From an uncultured Eubacteriales bacterium (lineage in GTDB: Bacteria; Bacillota; Clostridia; TANB77; UBA1234): a stretch of DNA of 64,000 nucleotides. Under the pieces are notes generated by a model that was not told the origin of the DNA, searched no databases, and worked only from the letters and a program-made list of their open reading frames with translations. Below, one piece after another: positions 20,182 through 30,964 of the stretch. The DNA lies in the NCBI GenBank assembly GCA_964394075.1, contig CAYMVI010000001.1:167195-231194 (forward strand), read 5' to 3'. How positions within the stretch are numbered: position 1 is the first letter of the stretch; each line of letters opens with the position of its first letter. A program made the translations under genes and the position numbers.

Positions 20182-20790
20182 ATGTTACAAATAAAAAATC
20201 CAAAGTTTGAAATATCTGTAATGAATAAATCTCAATATCCTAAAAATAGAATGCCACAAATAGTGTTGGCAGGAAAATCAAATGTTGGTAAATCTTCGTT
20301 TGTTAATTGTTTGATTAATAGAAAGTCTTTGGCTAGAACAAGTAGTGAACCTGGAAAAACAAGACAAATAAATTTCTATAACATGGATGATATATTCTAT
20401 TTTGTAGATTTGCCTGGATACGGTTATTCAAAAATGTCTAAAGCGGAGCAACAAAAACTTGGACCTGCGATTGAAACGTTTTTGAAAAATTCAAAAAATA
20501 TAAACTTAATAATTTTATTAGTAGATATCAGACACAAACCTTCTGAAAATGATAAGATGATGATGGAATTTATTAAAAATACGGGTAACAGATATATCGT
20601 AGTTACATCTAAAGCTGATAAGATTGCTAAAACAAAAGTTCAATCTTACGTAGATGATATTGCTAAAGAATTAGATGTTGCGGATGATTTGATATTTGCT
20701 TTCTCTTCTGAAACAAAATTTAATAAGGAACTTATTTCTGATGTAATTGCTGAATCTTTGTTAACAGCAAAGACTTGGGATGAAGAATAG
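20182..20790 (+). CDS. engB: ribosome biogenesis GTPase YsxC/EngB
   Basis: GKSNVGKSS G1 motif in a 202-aa protein. Confidence 0.85.
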   Translation: MLQIKNPKFEISVMNKSQYPKNRMPQIVLAGKSNVGKSSFVNCLINRKSLARTSSEPGKTRQINFYNMDDIFYFVDLPGYGYSKMSKAEQQKLGPAIETFLKNSKNINLIILLVDIRHKPSENDKMMMEFIKNTGNRYIVVTSKADKIAKTKVQSYVDDIAKELDVADDLIFAFSSETKFNKELISDVIAESLLTAKTWDEE

Positions 20791-20888
20791 GTCCAAACGG
20801 GGACGTCCTCAATTGGACACCAAATAATGCTTAAAATTATTTATTACTTTAGGCAAGGTGTCCAATTGAGGACGTCCCCGTTTGGACA
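20790..20888. repeat. perfect 31-bp inverted repeat pair (GGTCCAAACGGGGACGTCCTCAATTGGACACC), a MITE/REP-like element abutting the engB stop
   Basis: The two arms are at 20790-20821 and 20858-20888 with a 36-nt AT-rich loop. The same unit recurs elsewhere in the window. Confidence 0.85.
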
Positions 20889-20890
20889 GT

Positions 20891-20925
20891 AAAACACGGT
20901 ATGCCAAAATGGTATGCCGTGTTTT
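20891..20925. terminator. bidirectional terminator
   Basis: Hairpin AAAACACGG..CCGTGTTTT flanked by A and T runs. Confidence 0.6.
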
Positions 20926-20936
20926 ACTATGTGTGT

Positions 20937-22376
20937 TTACTTCTTATCTTCGGATTCGCTGCCAGGCTTCTTTGCCCAGGGTTCTGCAGCTACGAGGATT
21001 TTTTTGATTTCATCGCCCATGAGGACTTCGTGCTCAAGCAGACCTTCGGCAAGTGCTTCGAGCGCAAGCGAATGTGTCTTGATGATTTCTTTTGTTTCGG
21101 CATAAACTCTCTTAAGATACTCGCGAGCAACAGTTTCAGTTCTCTTGAAAATATCTTCAGAGCAGAAGCCGTAATCATCATCGATGGCAATAGGACCGAT
21201 ATCAGAGTCCATGCCGAAATTCTGGAACATCATCAAAGCCAGAGCGGATGCGGAAGAAAGGTCAGCAGTTACACCAGAAGTGGTTTCGCCATATTTGAGT
21301 TCTTCAGCGGCCATACCACCAAAGGAATAAATAATTTGCTTGCGGCAGTCACTTTCGAACATAGAGAACTTCTCTTCACCAGCTTCTTCTTGGGTGAGAC
21401 CGAGGGATGCTGCACGAGGCGTGATTTCGACTCGACCAAGAATGTAGTCGGGATTAGAGTAGTATGCTGCGATAACATGACCAGCCTCATGATATGCGGT
21501 GGAACGACGTTCCTTTTCATTCATTTGGTTGTAGGTTTGACCTGCTTCCATTGCAAGCATAACGTCGTTGAAATCCTTGGAAGTAACGGCATCATGATGC
21601 TTACGTCTGGAGTAATGGATAGTTTCACGAACAATGAATTCGATGTCCTTGGGATACATACCAAGGGTGCATCTTGCCAGTCTCTCGGAAGAGACATCCG
21701 GCGCCAAATTTGCATCAAACATTTGGAAATACTCTTCGAACAGAGCCTTTCTGGTAGGCAAAGTCGGAGGCATGATTTGGATGACTTTGTTCTGATAGAA
21801 CGCATTGGGAGAGAAGTACGCCTTAGGAAGGGCAATCCTATCCTCGATGGTAGACAGAACGATGACGGTGTTTGTGGATTCTGTGATTTTCTGAGTCAGC
21901 TGGCTATGGAAAAGCATGAGCCGTTCAGCAGGGATTCCCTGCAGTGCGCTGAGATTCTGGATGTGCATTACGCAACCTTTTTTGAAGGAGCTTGCAACGA
22001 AGAAGAGTGCATTAAGCAGTTTCTCCGATTTCTTAAAGTAAGAAACGAAAGAAGTGGAGATGTCCACAGTGATAAGGGGACAATTAGCTTCTTTTGCAAG
22101 GCCTGCAACAAGGACCGTTTTGCCGGAACCAGAAGCACCAGCCATAAGGAAACGGGAATGGGGTGCGTGAACGGGGTCGTGCTGATACTGCTTGAGGTGT
22201 TTCAGGAACTCGAGCGCATCGCTCAATTCCTCTCTTTCGCTTTCCATGCCGATGATTTCAGAAGTTTTTTTGCCGATGTCCTGCGGAAGCGTAATGCGAA
22301 TGTAGTGCTTCTGCAGAAACGCGATTTTGGACTTGAGCTGCGCATCTTTCACAGATTTGACAAGACTTTGTTTCAT
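20937..22376 (-). CDS. soluble FtsH-like protein: degenerate AAA+ domain plus an intact M41 zinc-metalloprotease domain, compositionally foreign
   Basis: It carries a GASGSGKT Walker A. The Walker B position reads VMHIQN and the SRH arginines are lost. HEAGHVIA and the downstream FGGMAAEE are intact. There is no transmembrane segment. GC is about 50%. The RBS is a strong AAGGAGG. Confidence 0.7.
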   Translation of the reverse strand: MKQSLVKSVKDAQLKSKIAFLQKHYIRITLPQDIGKKTSEIIGMESEREELSDALEFLKHLKQYQHDPVHAPHSRFLMAGASGSGKTVLVAGLAKEANCPLITVDISTSFVSYFKKSEKLLNALFFVASSFKKGCVMHIQNLSALQGIPAERLMLFHSQLTQKITESTNTVIVLSTIEDRIALPKAYFSPNAFYQNKVIQIMPPTLPTRKALFEEYFQMFDANLAPDVSSERLARCTLGMYPKDIEFIVRETIHYSRRKHHDAVTSKDFNDVMLAMEAGQTYNQMNEKERRSTAYHEAGHVIAAYYSNPDYILGRVEITPRAASLGLTQEEAGEEKFSMFESDCRKQIIYSFGGMAAEELKYGETTSGVTADLSSASALALMMFQNFGMDSDIGPIAIDDDYGFCSEDIFKRTETVAREYLKRVYAETKEIIKTHSLALEALAEGLLEHEVLMGDEIKKILVAAEPWAKKPGSESEDKK

Positions 22377-22706
22377 AAACGGAATACCTCCTTTATGCTG
22401 GGATAAAATATGCTGCTAAGCGGTTTTTATTATATACAGGTTTGCTTTGAAAAGTCAATGGCAAAAACAGGCAATAAGCTTAGGGAAATAAGAGGTTTAC
22501 GGATTTTAGAAACAAAAACACTTAACATAATATAAAAAAGGGAAGAAAAATTTTCTTTCCTAGGGATATTGCAACCTTCAGGCTTTCTAGGGTTTGGGGG
22601 TTGTTTTTGCTGAAAAAGTAATGGTAAAATTAATATATAACAAGAAATTGTTATTATAATTATGTACACATTGATAAAATTTTTAAAGCAAAAGAGGTGA
22701 TTTTGT

Positions 22707-23996
22707 ATGAGAAAAATAGTTGTTGCTGGAATTATGGTTGTGGCTTTATCTGGATCATGTGTATCTGCTGCTGAACGTGTGAGTTTAGGCTATATTTATA
22801 GCACATCAAAATCTCATACAGAAATAGTTGCAGGTACTCAAGGTGGCGTTAACGTAGTTTCTCCTACATGCTTTGATTTAACAATGAAAGGTCATTTAGA
22901 TGTTAAAGAAATCATGGATGAAGAATTCGTTAGCAATATGCATGCTCAAGGTATTAAAGTAACTCCATTCTTAAGTAATCATTGGGGACAAAAACGTGCT
23001 CAAGCAGCTCTTAAGAATGCCGATGTTTTGATTCCTGAAATTATCGCTGCTATTGAGGAATATGATTTCGATGGTGTTAATGTTGACTTGGAAAATTTAA
23101 AAGCAAGTGACAGAGATAGTTTAACTGAATTTATGAGAAAATTAAGAGAAGCTATGCCAAAAGAAAAAACAGTTTCAATAGCTGTTGCACCTAACCCTGA
23201 AAATACAACTAACACATGGCTTGCAGCATACGATTATGAGAATCTTGCAAAACATGCTGATTATTTAGTTGTTATGGCGTATGATGAACATTGTTATGGT
23301 GGTGCTGAAGGCCCTGTAGCAAGTATCGATTATGTTGAAAAATCTTTAACATCAATCTTAGAAGTTGTTTCAAAAGATAAGATTGTTTTAGGCTTACCAA
23401 TGTATGGTCGTTTCTGGGAAGTAGGAGCGCCAACTGGTGGTGAAGCAATTATCAATGCACAAACACCAAAAATTATCAAACAATTTAAAGTTGTACCTAA
23501 CTATATTGAAAAAGAAGGTACTCCTATGATGCAAGTTAAAGTAAAAGAAGGACAAAAAGGTCCATATGTAAATGGCAGATATTTGGATGCTGGCACATAC
23601 AATATCTGGTACGAAAATGAAAGAAGTATTAAAGAAAAACTTGCACTAATTAATGAGTATGATATTTTAGGTTCTGCTTTATGGGCATTAGATAATGAAG
23701 ACACATCAATGTGGAATTATTACAAGAACTGTTTAAATGAGATTCCTTATGAAAGCGAAGAAGAAATTGAAATTAGACAGAAGATGGAATATGCAATGCA
23801 ATACATTGTGGATGAAGTTATAGAAATTAAATTAGTGTCTGATGAAATTAGAAATTACATCGCATACAGATATAACAATCTTCCTCAAAAAGTACAATCT
23901 TTATCAAAAACGAATATTAACGCATTTGTGAAGTATGCGTTAATACCAAGCAATTCACATCACTATACAAAATTAGTGAAGAAATATGCTTGCTAA
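22707..23996 (+). CDS. secreted glycoside hydrolase family 18 (chitinase / YaaH/YdhD-like)
   Basis: Signal peptide and the catalytic motif DGVNVDLE. Confidence 0.75.
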   Translation: MRKIVVAGIMVVALSGSCVSAAERVSLGYIYSTSKSHTEIVAGTQGGVNVVSPTCFDLTMKGHLDVKEIMDEEFVSNMHAQGIKVTPFLSNHWGQKRAQAALKNADVLIPEIIAAIEEYDFDGVNVDLENLKASDRDSLTEFMRKLREAMPKEKTVSIAVAPNPENTTNTWLAAYDYENLAKHADYLVVMAYDEHCYGGAEGPVASIDYVEKSLTSILEVVSKDKIVLGLPMYGRFWEVGAPTGGEAIINAQTPKIIKQFKVVPNYIEKEGTPMMQVKVKEGQKGPYVNGRYLDAGTYNIWYENERSIKEKLALINEYDILGSALWALDNEDTSMWNYYKNCLNEIPYESEEEIEIRQKMEYAMQYIVDEVIEIKLVSDEIRNYIAYRYNNLPQKVQSLSKTNINAFVKYALIPSNSHHYTKLVKKYAC

Positions 23997-24118
23997 AATA
24001 CTAAATTGCTGGTATCATATTTAGTATATGATAGACTTAAAAAAAACACCCTAAAAGCGGGCGCGATTTTTAAGTCTATTTTTTTGTTTGATTATTTTTT
24101 GTGGGAGGTAAAAGTAAG

Positions 24119-25708
24119 ATGAAATATGTATTTGTAACAGGAGGCGTAGTATCAGGATTAGGCAAAGGAATAACAGCTGCATCACTTGGAAGATTGTTAA
24201 AAAACCGAGGATATAAAGTAGCTATACAAAAGTTTGATCCTTATATAAATGTAGATCCAGGAACAATGAGTCCATTTGAACATGGAGAAGTTTTCGTGAC
24301 AGAAGATGGAGCTGAAACAGATTTAGATTTGGGACATTATGAAAGATTTATTAATGAAAATTTAACAGCTAATTCAAGCATGTCAATGGGACAAGTATAT
24401 AATAATGTAATTGAAAAAGAGAGACGCGGAGACTATCTTGGAAAAACAGTACAAGTAATTCCTCATATAACTAATGAAATAAAAGAAAAAATATATAGCT
24501 TTAAAAACAGAAATATAGATATATTAATAACTGAAATTGGTGGAACTGTTGGAGATATTGAAGGGCTTTCTATTTTAGAAGCAATTAGACAAATTGGGTT
24601 AGAAAATTCAGCTGAAGATGTTATTTATATACATGTTACTTTACTTCCTTACATATATGGTTCTAATGAGGTTAAAACAAAACCTACACAACACTCAGTA
24701 AAAGAGTTACAAAGTTTAGGTATAAAACCAGATATAATCGTGTGTAGAACAGAAACAGAAATTTCTGATGCTATGAAAGATAAACTTGCTATGTTTTGTA
24801 ACGTGAGAAAAACGAGTGTTATTCAAAATATGACAGTTGGTAATTTGTATGAAATACCATTAGCATTAGAAAAAGAAGGCTTGGCTAAAGAAGTGTGCCA
24901 TCATTTAAGACTAGAAAATAAAGAACCTAATAATGAAGCGTGGGAAAGTATGGTTACCAACATTAAGGAACCTAAAGATTCTCAAGTTATAGTTGGTATA
25001 GTTGGTAAGTACATTCAATTAGAAGATTCATACATATCTGTAATAGAAAGTGTAAAGCATGCCGGATATGTAAATGGTGTTGATACAAAAATAAAATTAA
25101 TTGATTCTGAAACTGTAAATGCACAAAATATAAAAGAAGCTCTTGAAGATGTGAACGCATTAATTGTTCCTGGTGGATTTGGCGGAAGAGGGATAGAAGG
25201 TAAAATTGAAGCAATAAGATATGCTAGAGAAAATAATCTTCCGTTTCTAGGTATCTGTTTAGGGATGCAGATGGCTGTTGTAGAATTTGCTAGAAATGTA
25301 TTAAAGTTGGATGGAGCTAATTCAATAGAGTTTAGTGCAGATACACCTCATCCGGTAATTCATATAATGGAAGACCAAAAACATATTTATAAAAAAGGAG
25401 GAACAATGCGCTTGGGTGCGTATGAATGTGTTCTTGGTGACAAGACTCTTGCTGCCAAATTATATGGAAAGAAAAATATTTTTGAAAGACACAGACATAG
25501 ATATGAATATAATAATGAATATAGAGCTAAAATTGAAAGTGCAGGAATGATGTGCAGTGGTACATCTCCAGATGGTTCATTAGTTGAAATTGTAGAACTA
25601 AAAGGACATCCATTTTTTATAGCGTCACAATTTCATCCGGAATTTAAATCAAGACCAGATGAACCAGCACCATTATTTGTTGGATTAATAGCCGCAGCTA
25701 AGAAATAA
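24119..25708 (+). CDS. pyrG: CTP synthase
   Basis: [19 protein letters not shown]-terminus and a C-terminal GATase domain. ATG 24119 follows GGGAGG. Confidence 0.92.
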   Translation: MKYVFVTGGVVSGLGKGITAASLGRLLKNRGYKVAIQKFDPYINVDPGTMSPFEHGEVFVTEDGAETDLDLGHYERFINENLTANSSMSMGQVYNNVIEKERRGDYLGKTVQVIPHITNEIKEKIYSFKNRNIDILITEIGGTVGDIEGLSILEAIRQIGLENSAEDVIYIHVTLLPYIYGSNEVKTKPTQHSVKELQSLGIKPDIIVCRTETEISDAMKDKLAMFCNVRKTSVIQNMTVGNLYEIPLALEKEGLAKEVCHHLRLENKEPNNEAWESMVTNIKEPKDSQVIVGIVGKYIQLEDSYISVIESVKHAGYVNGVDTKIKLIDSETVNAQNIKEALEDVNALIVPGGFGGRGIEGKIEAIRYARENNLPFLGICLGMQMAVVEFARNVLKLDGANSIEFSADTPHPVIHIMEDQKHIYKKGGTMRLGAYECVLGDKTLAAKLYGKKNIFERHRHRYEYNNEYRAKIESAGMMCSGTSPDGSLVEIVELKGHPFFIASQFHPEFKSRPDEPAPLFVGLIAAAKK

Positions 25709-25829
25709 GAATGACCAAACGGGGACGCCCTCAGACCAAACGGGGACGCCCTCATTTGGACATCTTTTGATAAGGTGTCCAAATGAGGGCGTCCCCGTTT
25801 GGTCTGAGGGCGTCCCCGTTTGGTCATTC
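25709..25829. repeat. 121-bp perfect palindrome built from tandem then inverted copies of the GACCAAACGGGGACGCCCTCA unit
   Basis: It contains four unit copies (two direct, two inverted) between the convergent pyrG and rqcH genes. Its right end supplies the last codon and stop of rqcH. Confidence 0.9.
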
Positions 25830-27524
25830 AACTACTATTGTTTTATAATCTGTATACATTACCATTCCTGGTTTTGCTCCAGATTCTTTGTGAACATATT
25901 TTGCTAATGTATAGTCAACTTCAACTTTTGATGAGTCTTTTGCTTTGCTATGTTTCTTTGCAAGTGTTGCTGCATAATAAATTATTTCATCAGTTGGATT
26001 TTCTGATTCTATGATTACATGGCTTCCGTGAATATTTTTTGTATGTAACCAGGTGTAATTTTTTCTAGCTTGTTTTAATGTTAATTTATCATTTTGAATA
26101 TTGTTTCTTCCAACTAAAATTCTAACACCGTTGCACTCATATGCTATTGGTTCAGAAGGTAAATCTTTTTTCTTTCCTTTTTTTGTTTTCTTTTTAACGT
26201 ACCCAAGTGCAGCAAGTTCTTCATGTATTTCGTCTAACTCAAATATTGTTTGAGCATCTTCAATTTCAAACAAAACAGAATTTAAATAATCGACTTCATC
26301 TTCGTAAACTTTTTTATACTCTTTAGAATGTAACAAAGAATTTTTTAATTTGTTATATTTTTTGAAATATAGTGCTGAGTTTCTTGACGGTGTTAAATTT
26401 TTTTGTAATGGAATTTTAACTAACTTGTTATCATCATAAAAATTTTCAACTTCTATACTTTCTAAACCAATTTCCATACGATACATATTGCAATTTATAA
26501 GTTCACCATATTGCTTATATTTTTCTAAGTTTGGTTCTTCTTCTAAAGTTTTTAGAACTACATCTAACTTTTTTGTTGTTTTTGAAATGTGGGAATTGAC
26601 ATCTCTTATAATATTTTGCTTTGCAGATTTTAATAAAGATGCATTTTCTTTTTGCGAATAAAATTCATCTAAAAATATGGAACTGGATTCGTTTGATTTT
26701 TCTAAAGTAGGATAGTAATCTTTTTTGTTTTCATTTAAAGCAAATGAGATACCATCTTGAGTTGATGAATCTAAGATTTCTTTAATTCCATTGTATATCT
26801 TTTCAAACATATCGCTACTTAAATTAGTCTTATTTATATCCGTTGCAATATTTTCTTTAGCGCAAATTGATGCGATGAAGTTTTTGCTTAATCCAATATA
26901 ATTATTTGAAATAAGATTTGCTAAACTAACATCTTCAAATTCAGATTCTTGTGCTGCATTTAATAAAGTATTTTTAAATTCTTCACAGCTTGTTTCTTCG
27001 AAATTGTTTTTGCCAAGTGAAGTTGGAAGCACATATTTTCTTGTTGGTAATACTTCGCGTACAGAACTCATCGTGATATCAACGTGTCTGATTGAATCTA
27101 TTATTTTTTCGTCATCAACTAAAATTATATTACTGTATTTTCCCATAAGTTCTACTATTAAATCTTTAGTTGTTAAATCTCCAAAATCATTTATGTTTTC
27201 GAATGAGAATTTTACAATTCTGTCTAATCCAACTTGAGTAACTTTTGTAAGACGACCACCAGCTAAATATTTTCTAAGTATCATGCAAAATTGTGGTGCT
27301 TGTTCTGGATTGTTTCTAGATTCGTTACTTAAATGAAATCTGCAATTATTTGCATCTACAGATATTAGAAGTTTTACACTTTTTCTATCTGGAGTATGAA
27401 GCAACAGCCACAATTCATTTCTTGATGGTACATATATTTTTTCGACACGACTGCCGACTAATGTTTTATTAAATTCATTTACTAATATTCGGGTGGTAAT
27501 TCCATCGAATGCCATTTGTTTCAC
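25824..27524 (-). CDS. rqcH: ribosome quality-control protein RqcH (FbpA/NFACT family)
   Basis: NFACT-N N-terminus, coiled-coil middle, and C-terminal NFACT-R (TWLHTKNIHGSHVII). Confidence 0.8.
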   Translation of the reverse strand: MKQMAFDGITTRILVNEFNKTLVGSRVEKIYVPSRNELWLLLHTPDRKSVKLLISVDANNCRFHLSNESRNNPEQAPQFCMILRKYLAGGRLTKVTQVGLDRIVKFSFENINDFGDLTTKDLIVELMGKYSNIILVDDEKIIDSIRHVDITMSSVREVLPTRKYVLPTSLGKNNFEETSCEEFKNTLLNAAQESEFEDVSLANLISNNYIGLSKNFIASICAKENIATDINKTNLSSDMFEKIYNGIKEILDSSTQDGISFALNENKKDYYPTLEKSNESSSIFLDEFYSQKENASLLKSAKQNIIRDVNSHISKTTKKLDVVLKTLEEEPNLEKYKQYGELINCNMYRMEIGLESIEVENFYDDNKLVKIPLQKNLTPSRNSALYFKKYNKLKNSLLHSKEYKKVYEDEVDYLNSVLFEIEDAQTIFELDEIHEELAALGYVKKKTKKGKKKDLPSEPIAYECNGVRILVGRNNIQNDKLTLKQARKNYTWLHTKNIHGSHVIIESENPTDEIIYYAATLAKKHSKAKDSSKVEVDYTLAKYVHKESGAKPGMVMYTDYKTIVVE

Positions 27525-27650
27525 GTCCTTTTCTTTATTGGTATGAACAGTGTGATTATAGCATGGATATCCCTAATTTTCAATCGTATACATGCACCTG
27601 ACAGGCAAAACCGGAATATATTTATAGCGTCAAAGAGAGGTGTGAGGGAT

Positions 27651-28343
27651 ATGATGTCATTATTTGCGGTAATAAAGGATTTTTTGTTCTTAGTTGGCTA
27701 TGTCACAAGTTATAACTTGTTTCCTGAAGCTTTAAAGCCAGATGAGGAAGAGTTTTATTTAAAACGTTATCTTGAAGAAAATGATGAGGAAGCAAAAAAG
27801 GTTTTGGTAGAGAGAAATCTGCGTCTGGTGGCTCATATTTCGAAGAAATATACTAGCCCATATGTTGAGCAAGATGATCTTATTTCTATTGGAACTATAG
27901 GTCTTATAAAAGCGATAAATAGTTACAAAGGCGGAAAAGGTGTGAAGCTTGCTACATATGCTGCAAGATGTATTGAAAATGAAATTTTGATGTATCTAAG
28001 AAGCACTAAAAAGATATCTCAAGAAGTGTCTTTAAATGACCCTTTGGGACATGATAAAGAAGGTAATGAGATTACTTTTATTGATGTAATTGAAAGTGAA
28101 ACTATCCCTGTTGAAGATGAGTTAGACTTAAAAATGAAAGTGAAAATGTTATACAAGAAGATAGGAAATGTTTTAAAAGATAGGGAAAAGTTAATAATTG
28201 AATTAAGATTTGGTCTAAATGGCAAAGACGTCAAAACACAAAATGAAATAGCAGAAGAATTGGGGATTTCTCGTTCGTATGTGTCGAGAATAGAAACTAA
28301 AGCTATAAAGAAACTTAACCAGGAATTTAAGGCAGAAGAATAA
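27651..28343 (+). CDS. sigK: RNA polymerase sporulation sigma factor SigK (pro-sigma-K), intact
   Basis: KLATYAARCIENEILMYLR and LGHDKEGNEITFIDV closely match SigK regions 2 and 3, and the pro-sequence is present. ATG 27651 follows GAGGGA. Confidence 0.8.
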   Translation: MMSLFAVIKDFLFLVGYVTSYNLFPEALKPDEEEFYLKRYLEENDEEAKKVLVERNLRLVAHISKKYTSPYVEQDDLISIGTIGLIKAINSYKGGKGVKLATYAARCIENEILMYLRSTKKISQEVSLNDPLGHDKEGNEITFIDVIESETIPVEDELDLKMKVKMLYKKIGNVLKDREKLIIELRFGLNGKDVKTQNEIAEELGISRSYVSRIETKAIKKLNQEFKAEE

Positions 28344-28438
28344 CAAATGGAAATTTTATACAATTGTTGAAAAAATAGTGTATTTTGACGAAATGTATGA
28401 TAAAATATGTAACTGATCTAATCTAGATGGAGGAGAAA

Positions 28439-29158
28439 ATGTTAGAGTTAAAAAATATTAATTTTACTAGAGACAATAAACATATATTAAAAGATATAAA
28501 TTTAATAATTCCTGATGATAAATTTGTAGTAGTAACTGGTCCAAACGGATCAGGTAAATCTACTTTGGCAAAAGTTATCATGGGTATAGAAAATCCTGAT
28601 ACAGGTACTATTTTGCTTGATGGAGAAGACATTACTAAAATGTCTATTGATGAAAGAGCAAGACGTGGAATTGGTTTTGCTTTTCAACAAGTTGTTAAGT
28701 TTAAAGGTTTAACTGTTTATGACTTGATTAGACTTTCTGCAGGTAAAGATGTTAATAAAGCTGAAGCTTGTGAGATTTTATCTGCAGTTGGTTTATGCGC
28801 AAAGGAATATATAGATAGGGAAGTTAATTCATCACTTTCTGGTGGAGAACTTAAGAGAATTGAAATTGCGACTGTTGCTATTAGAGAAAATAAATTGATT
28901 ATTTTCGATGAGCCAGAAGCAGGAATCGATTTGTGGAGTTTCTCAAACTTAATTGATTTATTTAAAGATTTAAGAGAGAAAAATACAAACAGCACAACTC
29001 TTATTATTTCTCATCAAGAAAGAATTATTGATATCGCAGATATGATAGTTCTTCTTAAAGATGGTGAAGTTGCTGAGATTGCGGATAAGAGTGAATTAAA
29101 TACTGTATACGTGGACAAGCAATGCTGCAAATTATCTGGAGGTAAAAAGAATGGCTAA
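28439..29158 (+). CDS. sufC: Fe-S cluster assembly ATPase SufC
   Basis: GPNGSGKSTL motif, LSGGE signature and SufC-like N-terminus. ATG 28439 follows GGAGG. Confidence 0.75.
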   Translation: MLELKNINFTRDNKHILKDINLIIPDDKFVVVTGPNGSGKSTLAKVIMGIENPDTGTILLDGEDITKMSIDERARRGIGFAFQQVVKFKGLTVYDLIRLSAGKDVNKAEACEILSAVGLCAKEYIDREVNSSLSGGELKRIEIATVAIRENKLIIFDEPEAGIDLWSFSNLIDLFKDLREKNTNSTTLIISHQERIIDIADMIVLLKDGEVAEIADKSELNTVYVDKQCCKLSGGKKNG

Positions 29159-30065
29159 TATAGAAAAAGATTTATTAAAACAAATTACCGGCGCAGATAC
29201 TTTTGAAGGTGCATATAATATAAGAAAAGATGGCAAAGGTGTTGAAAGAAAAGTAACAGAGAATGTCAACATCGTTACAAAGGAAGATAAAGCCGGAATT
29301 GATATATTTGTAAAAGAAGATACCAAAAATGAATTTGTACACATTCCAGTTATCATTACGGAAAGCGGACTTAAAGACGTAGTGTACAATGACTTTTATA
29401 TAGGTAAGAATGCAAAAGTATATATAATAGCAGGATGTGGAATTCATAACGATCATCATGAAGATTCGGAACATAATGGTATTCACAGATTTTTCTTAGA
29501 AGAAGGTGCATATGTAAAATATGTAGAGAAACATTATGGCGAAGGTGATGGTGAAGGAAAGCGAATTCTAAATCCAGTAACAGAAGTATACTTGAAAAAC
29601 GGAAGTACTTTAGAAATGGATTCTGTACAAATTAAAGGTGTTGATTCAACAGACAGAATTACAAAAGCGGTGTTAGAAGATAATACAAACCTAGTTATTT
29701 CAGAAAAGATAATGACACACGGAAATCAATTTGCAAAAACATTATTTGATGTAACTTTAAAAGGTGAAAACTCAAGCACACATGTAACATCAAGATCTGT
29801 TGCTACAGAGAATTCAAAACAAGAATTTATATCTAAAGTTCAAGGTGATTCTAAATGTTTTGCGCATGTTGAATGCGATGCAATTATAAAAGACAACGCA
29901 TGTGTAAAATCTACACCAGAAGTAACAGCCAATAATGTAGATGCTAATTTAACTCATGAAGCTGCTATTGGTAAAATTGCTGGTGAACAATTAACAAAAC
30001 TTATGACATTAGGTTTAACAGCTAAAGAAGCTGAAGACGAAATAATAAAAGGATTTTTAAAATAA
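29151..30065 (+). CDS. short SufB/SufD-family Fe-S assembly protein
   Basis: 304 aa, translationally coupled to sufC, with SufBD beta-helix-like repeats. Confidence 0.5.
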   Translation: MANIEKDLLKQITGADTFEGAYNIRKDGKGVERKVTENVNIVTKEDKAGIDIFVKEDTKNEFVHIPVIITESGLKDVVYNDFYIGKNAKVYIIAGCGIHNDHHEDSEHNGIHRFFLEEGAYVKYVEKHYGEGDGEGKRILNPVTEVYLKNGSTLEMDSVQIKGVDSTDRITKAVLEDNTNLVISEKIMTHGNQFAKTLFDVTLKGENSSTHVTSRSVATENSKQEFISKVQGDSKCFAHVECDAIIKDNACVKSTPEVTANNVDANLTHEAAIGKIAGEQLTKLMTLGLTAKEAEDEIIKGFLK

Positions 30066-30085
30066 TTTAAGAAGAGGGTGCTGAT

Positions 30086-30958
30086 TTGACTACTGAAATA
30101 AGTGGACGTAGTAAGCAAACCAAAAAGATTGGTATTGTAGGAATGGTTGGAAATCTATTTTTATTCATCATTAAAATAGTAATTTCTTTCATAACTAAAA
30201 GCCAGTCAATGTTAGCTGATAGTATAAACAGTGCTACTGATATATTATCTTCGCTCATGACTTTTGTTGGAGGAAAGATTTCTGGAAATAGTTCTGATTC
30301 AAGTCATAATTATGGATATGGAAAAGCTGAATATGTTTTTTCATTAATTATTAGTTTGATAATGGGGTACTTGGCAATAAAAATTTCTGTTGATGGAGTT
30401 ACTTCGTTAGTTGATAAAAATGTATTTGAATTTTCATATGGCTTAGTAATAGTTTGCTTAATAACTATTTGTACAAAGTTTTTCTTATATAGGCATACTA
30501 TTAAAATAGGAAAAGAAACAGAAAATATTTTGATATTAGCAAACGCGAGTGATCATAAAAGTGATATGCTTGTGACAACAGCTGTGTTGTTAGGTGTATT
30601 AGCTGCTAAAGTTGGTATATATTGGATAGATGGTGTTGTTGCGTTATGCATAGCTTTAAAGATACTATTTGATGCTACAAGAATTTTTATGGAAAGCTAT
30701 ACAGTGCTTATAGATAAAGCTATGAGTGAAGCTGAAATAGAAAAAATTCATGAAATAATAAAAAGTTTTGAAAACATAGATCATATTGATAAAGTAACAT
30801 CAAAAGCGGCAGGAAAGTCGTTTGTAGTTATTATAAAAGTTTCGGTTGATGGAAACATGACAGTAAACGAAAGCCATGAAATTGCAGGAAAATTAAAAGC
30901 AGAAGTTATGAAATTAAAAGATATATATGATGTAGTTGTTCATATAAATCCAGTTTAA
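30086..30958 (+). CDS. cation diffusion facilitator (CDF) family metal efflux transporter
   Basis: Six transmembrane helices, an S/D/H-rich TM2/TM5 and a cytoplasmic C-terminal domain. Confidence 0.7.
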   Translation: MTTEISGRSKQTKKIGIVGMVGNLFLFIIKIVISFITKSQSMLADSINSATDILSSLMTFVGGKISGNSSDSSHNYGYGKAEYVFSLIISLIMGYLAIKISVDGVTSLVDKNVFEFSYGLVIVCLITICTKFFLYRHTIKIGKETENILILANASDHKSDMLVTTAVLLGVLAAKVGIYWIDGVVALCIALKILFDATRIFMESYTVLIDKAMSEAEIEKIHEIIKSFENIDHIDKVTSKAAGKSFVVIIKVSVDGNMTVNESHEIAGKLKAEVMKLKDIYDVVVHINPV

Positions 30959-30964
30959 GGAGAG

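Noticed and set aside
20901-22406. 501-aa + strand ORF and other ORFs (20914, 20990, 21269, 21521) across the FtsH-like region
   Set aside because: They are antisense shadow ORFs of the high-GC minus-strand gene. They have no RBS and no recognisable motifs, whereas the minus frame carries Walker A and HEAGH.
20790-25829. Possible CRISPR array from the GGGGACG-containing repeats
   Set aside because: The copies are in inverted orientation, irregularly spaced and kilobases apart. They are palindromic REP/MITE-like units, there are no spacers, and no cas genes are present.
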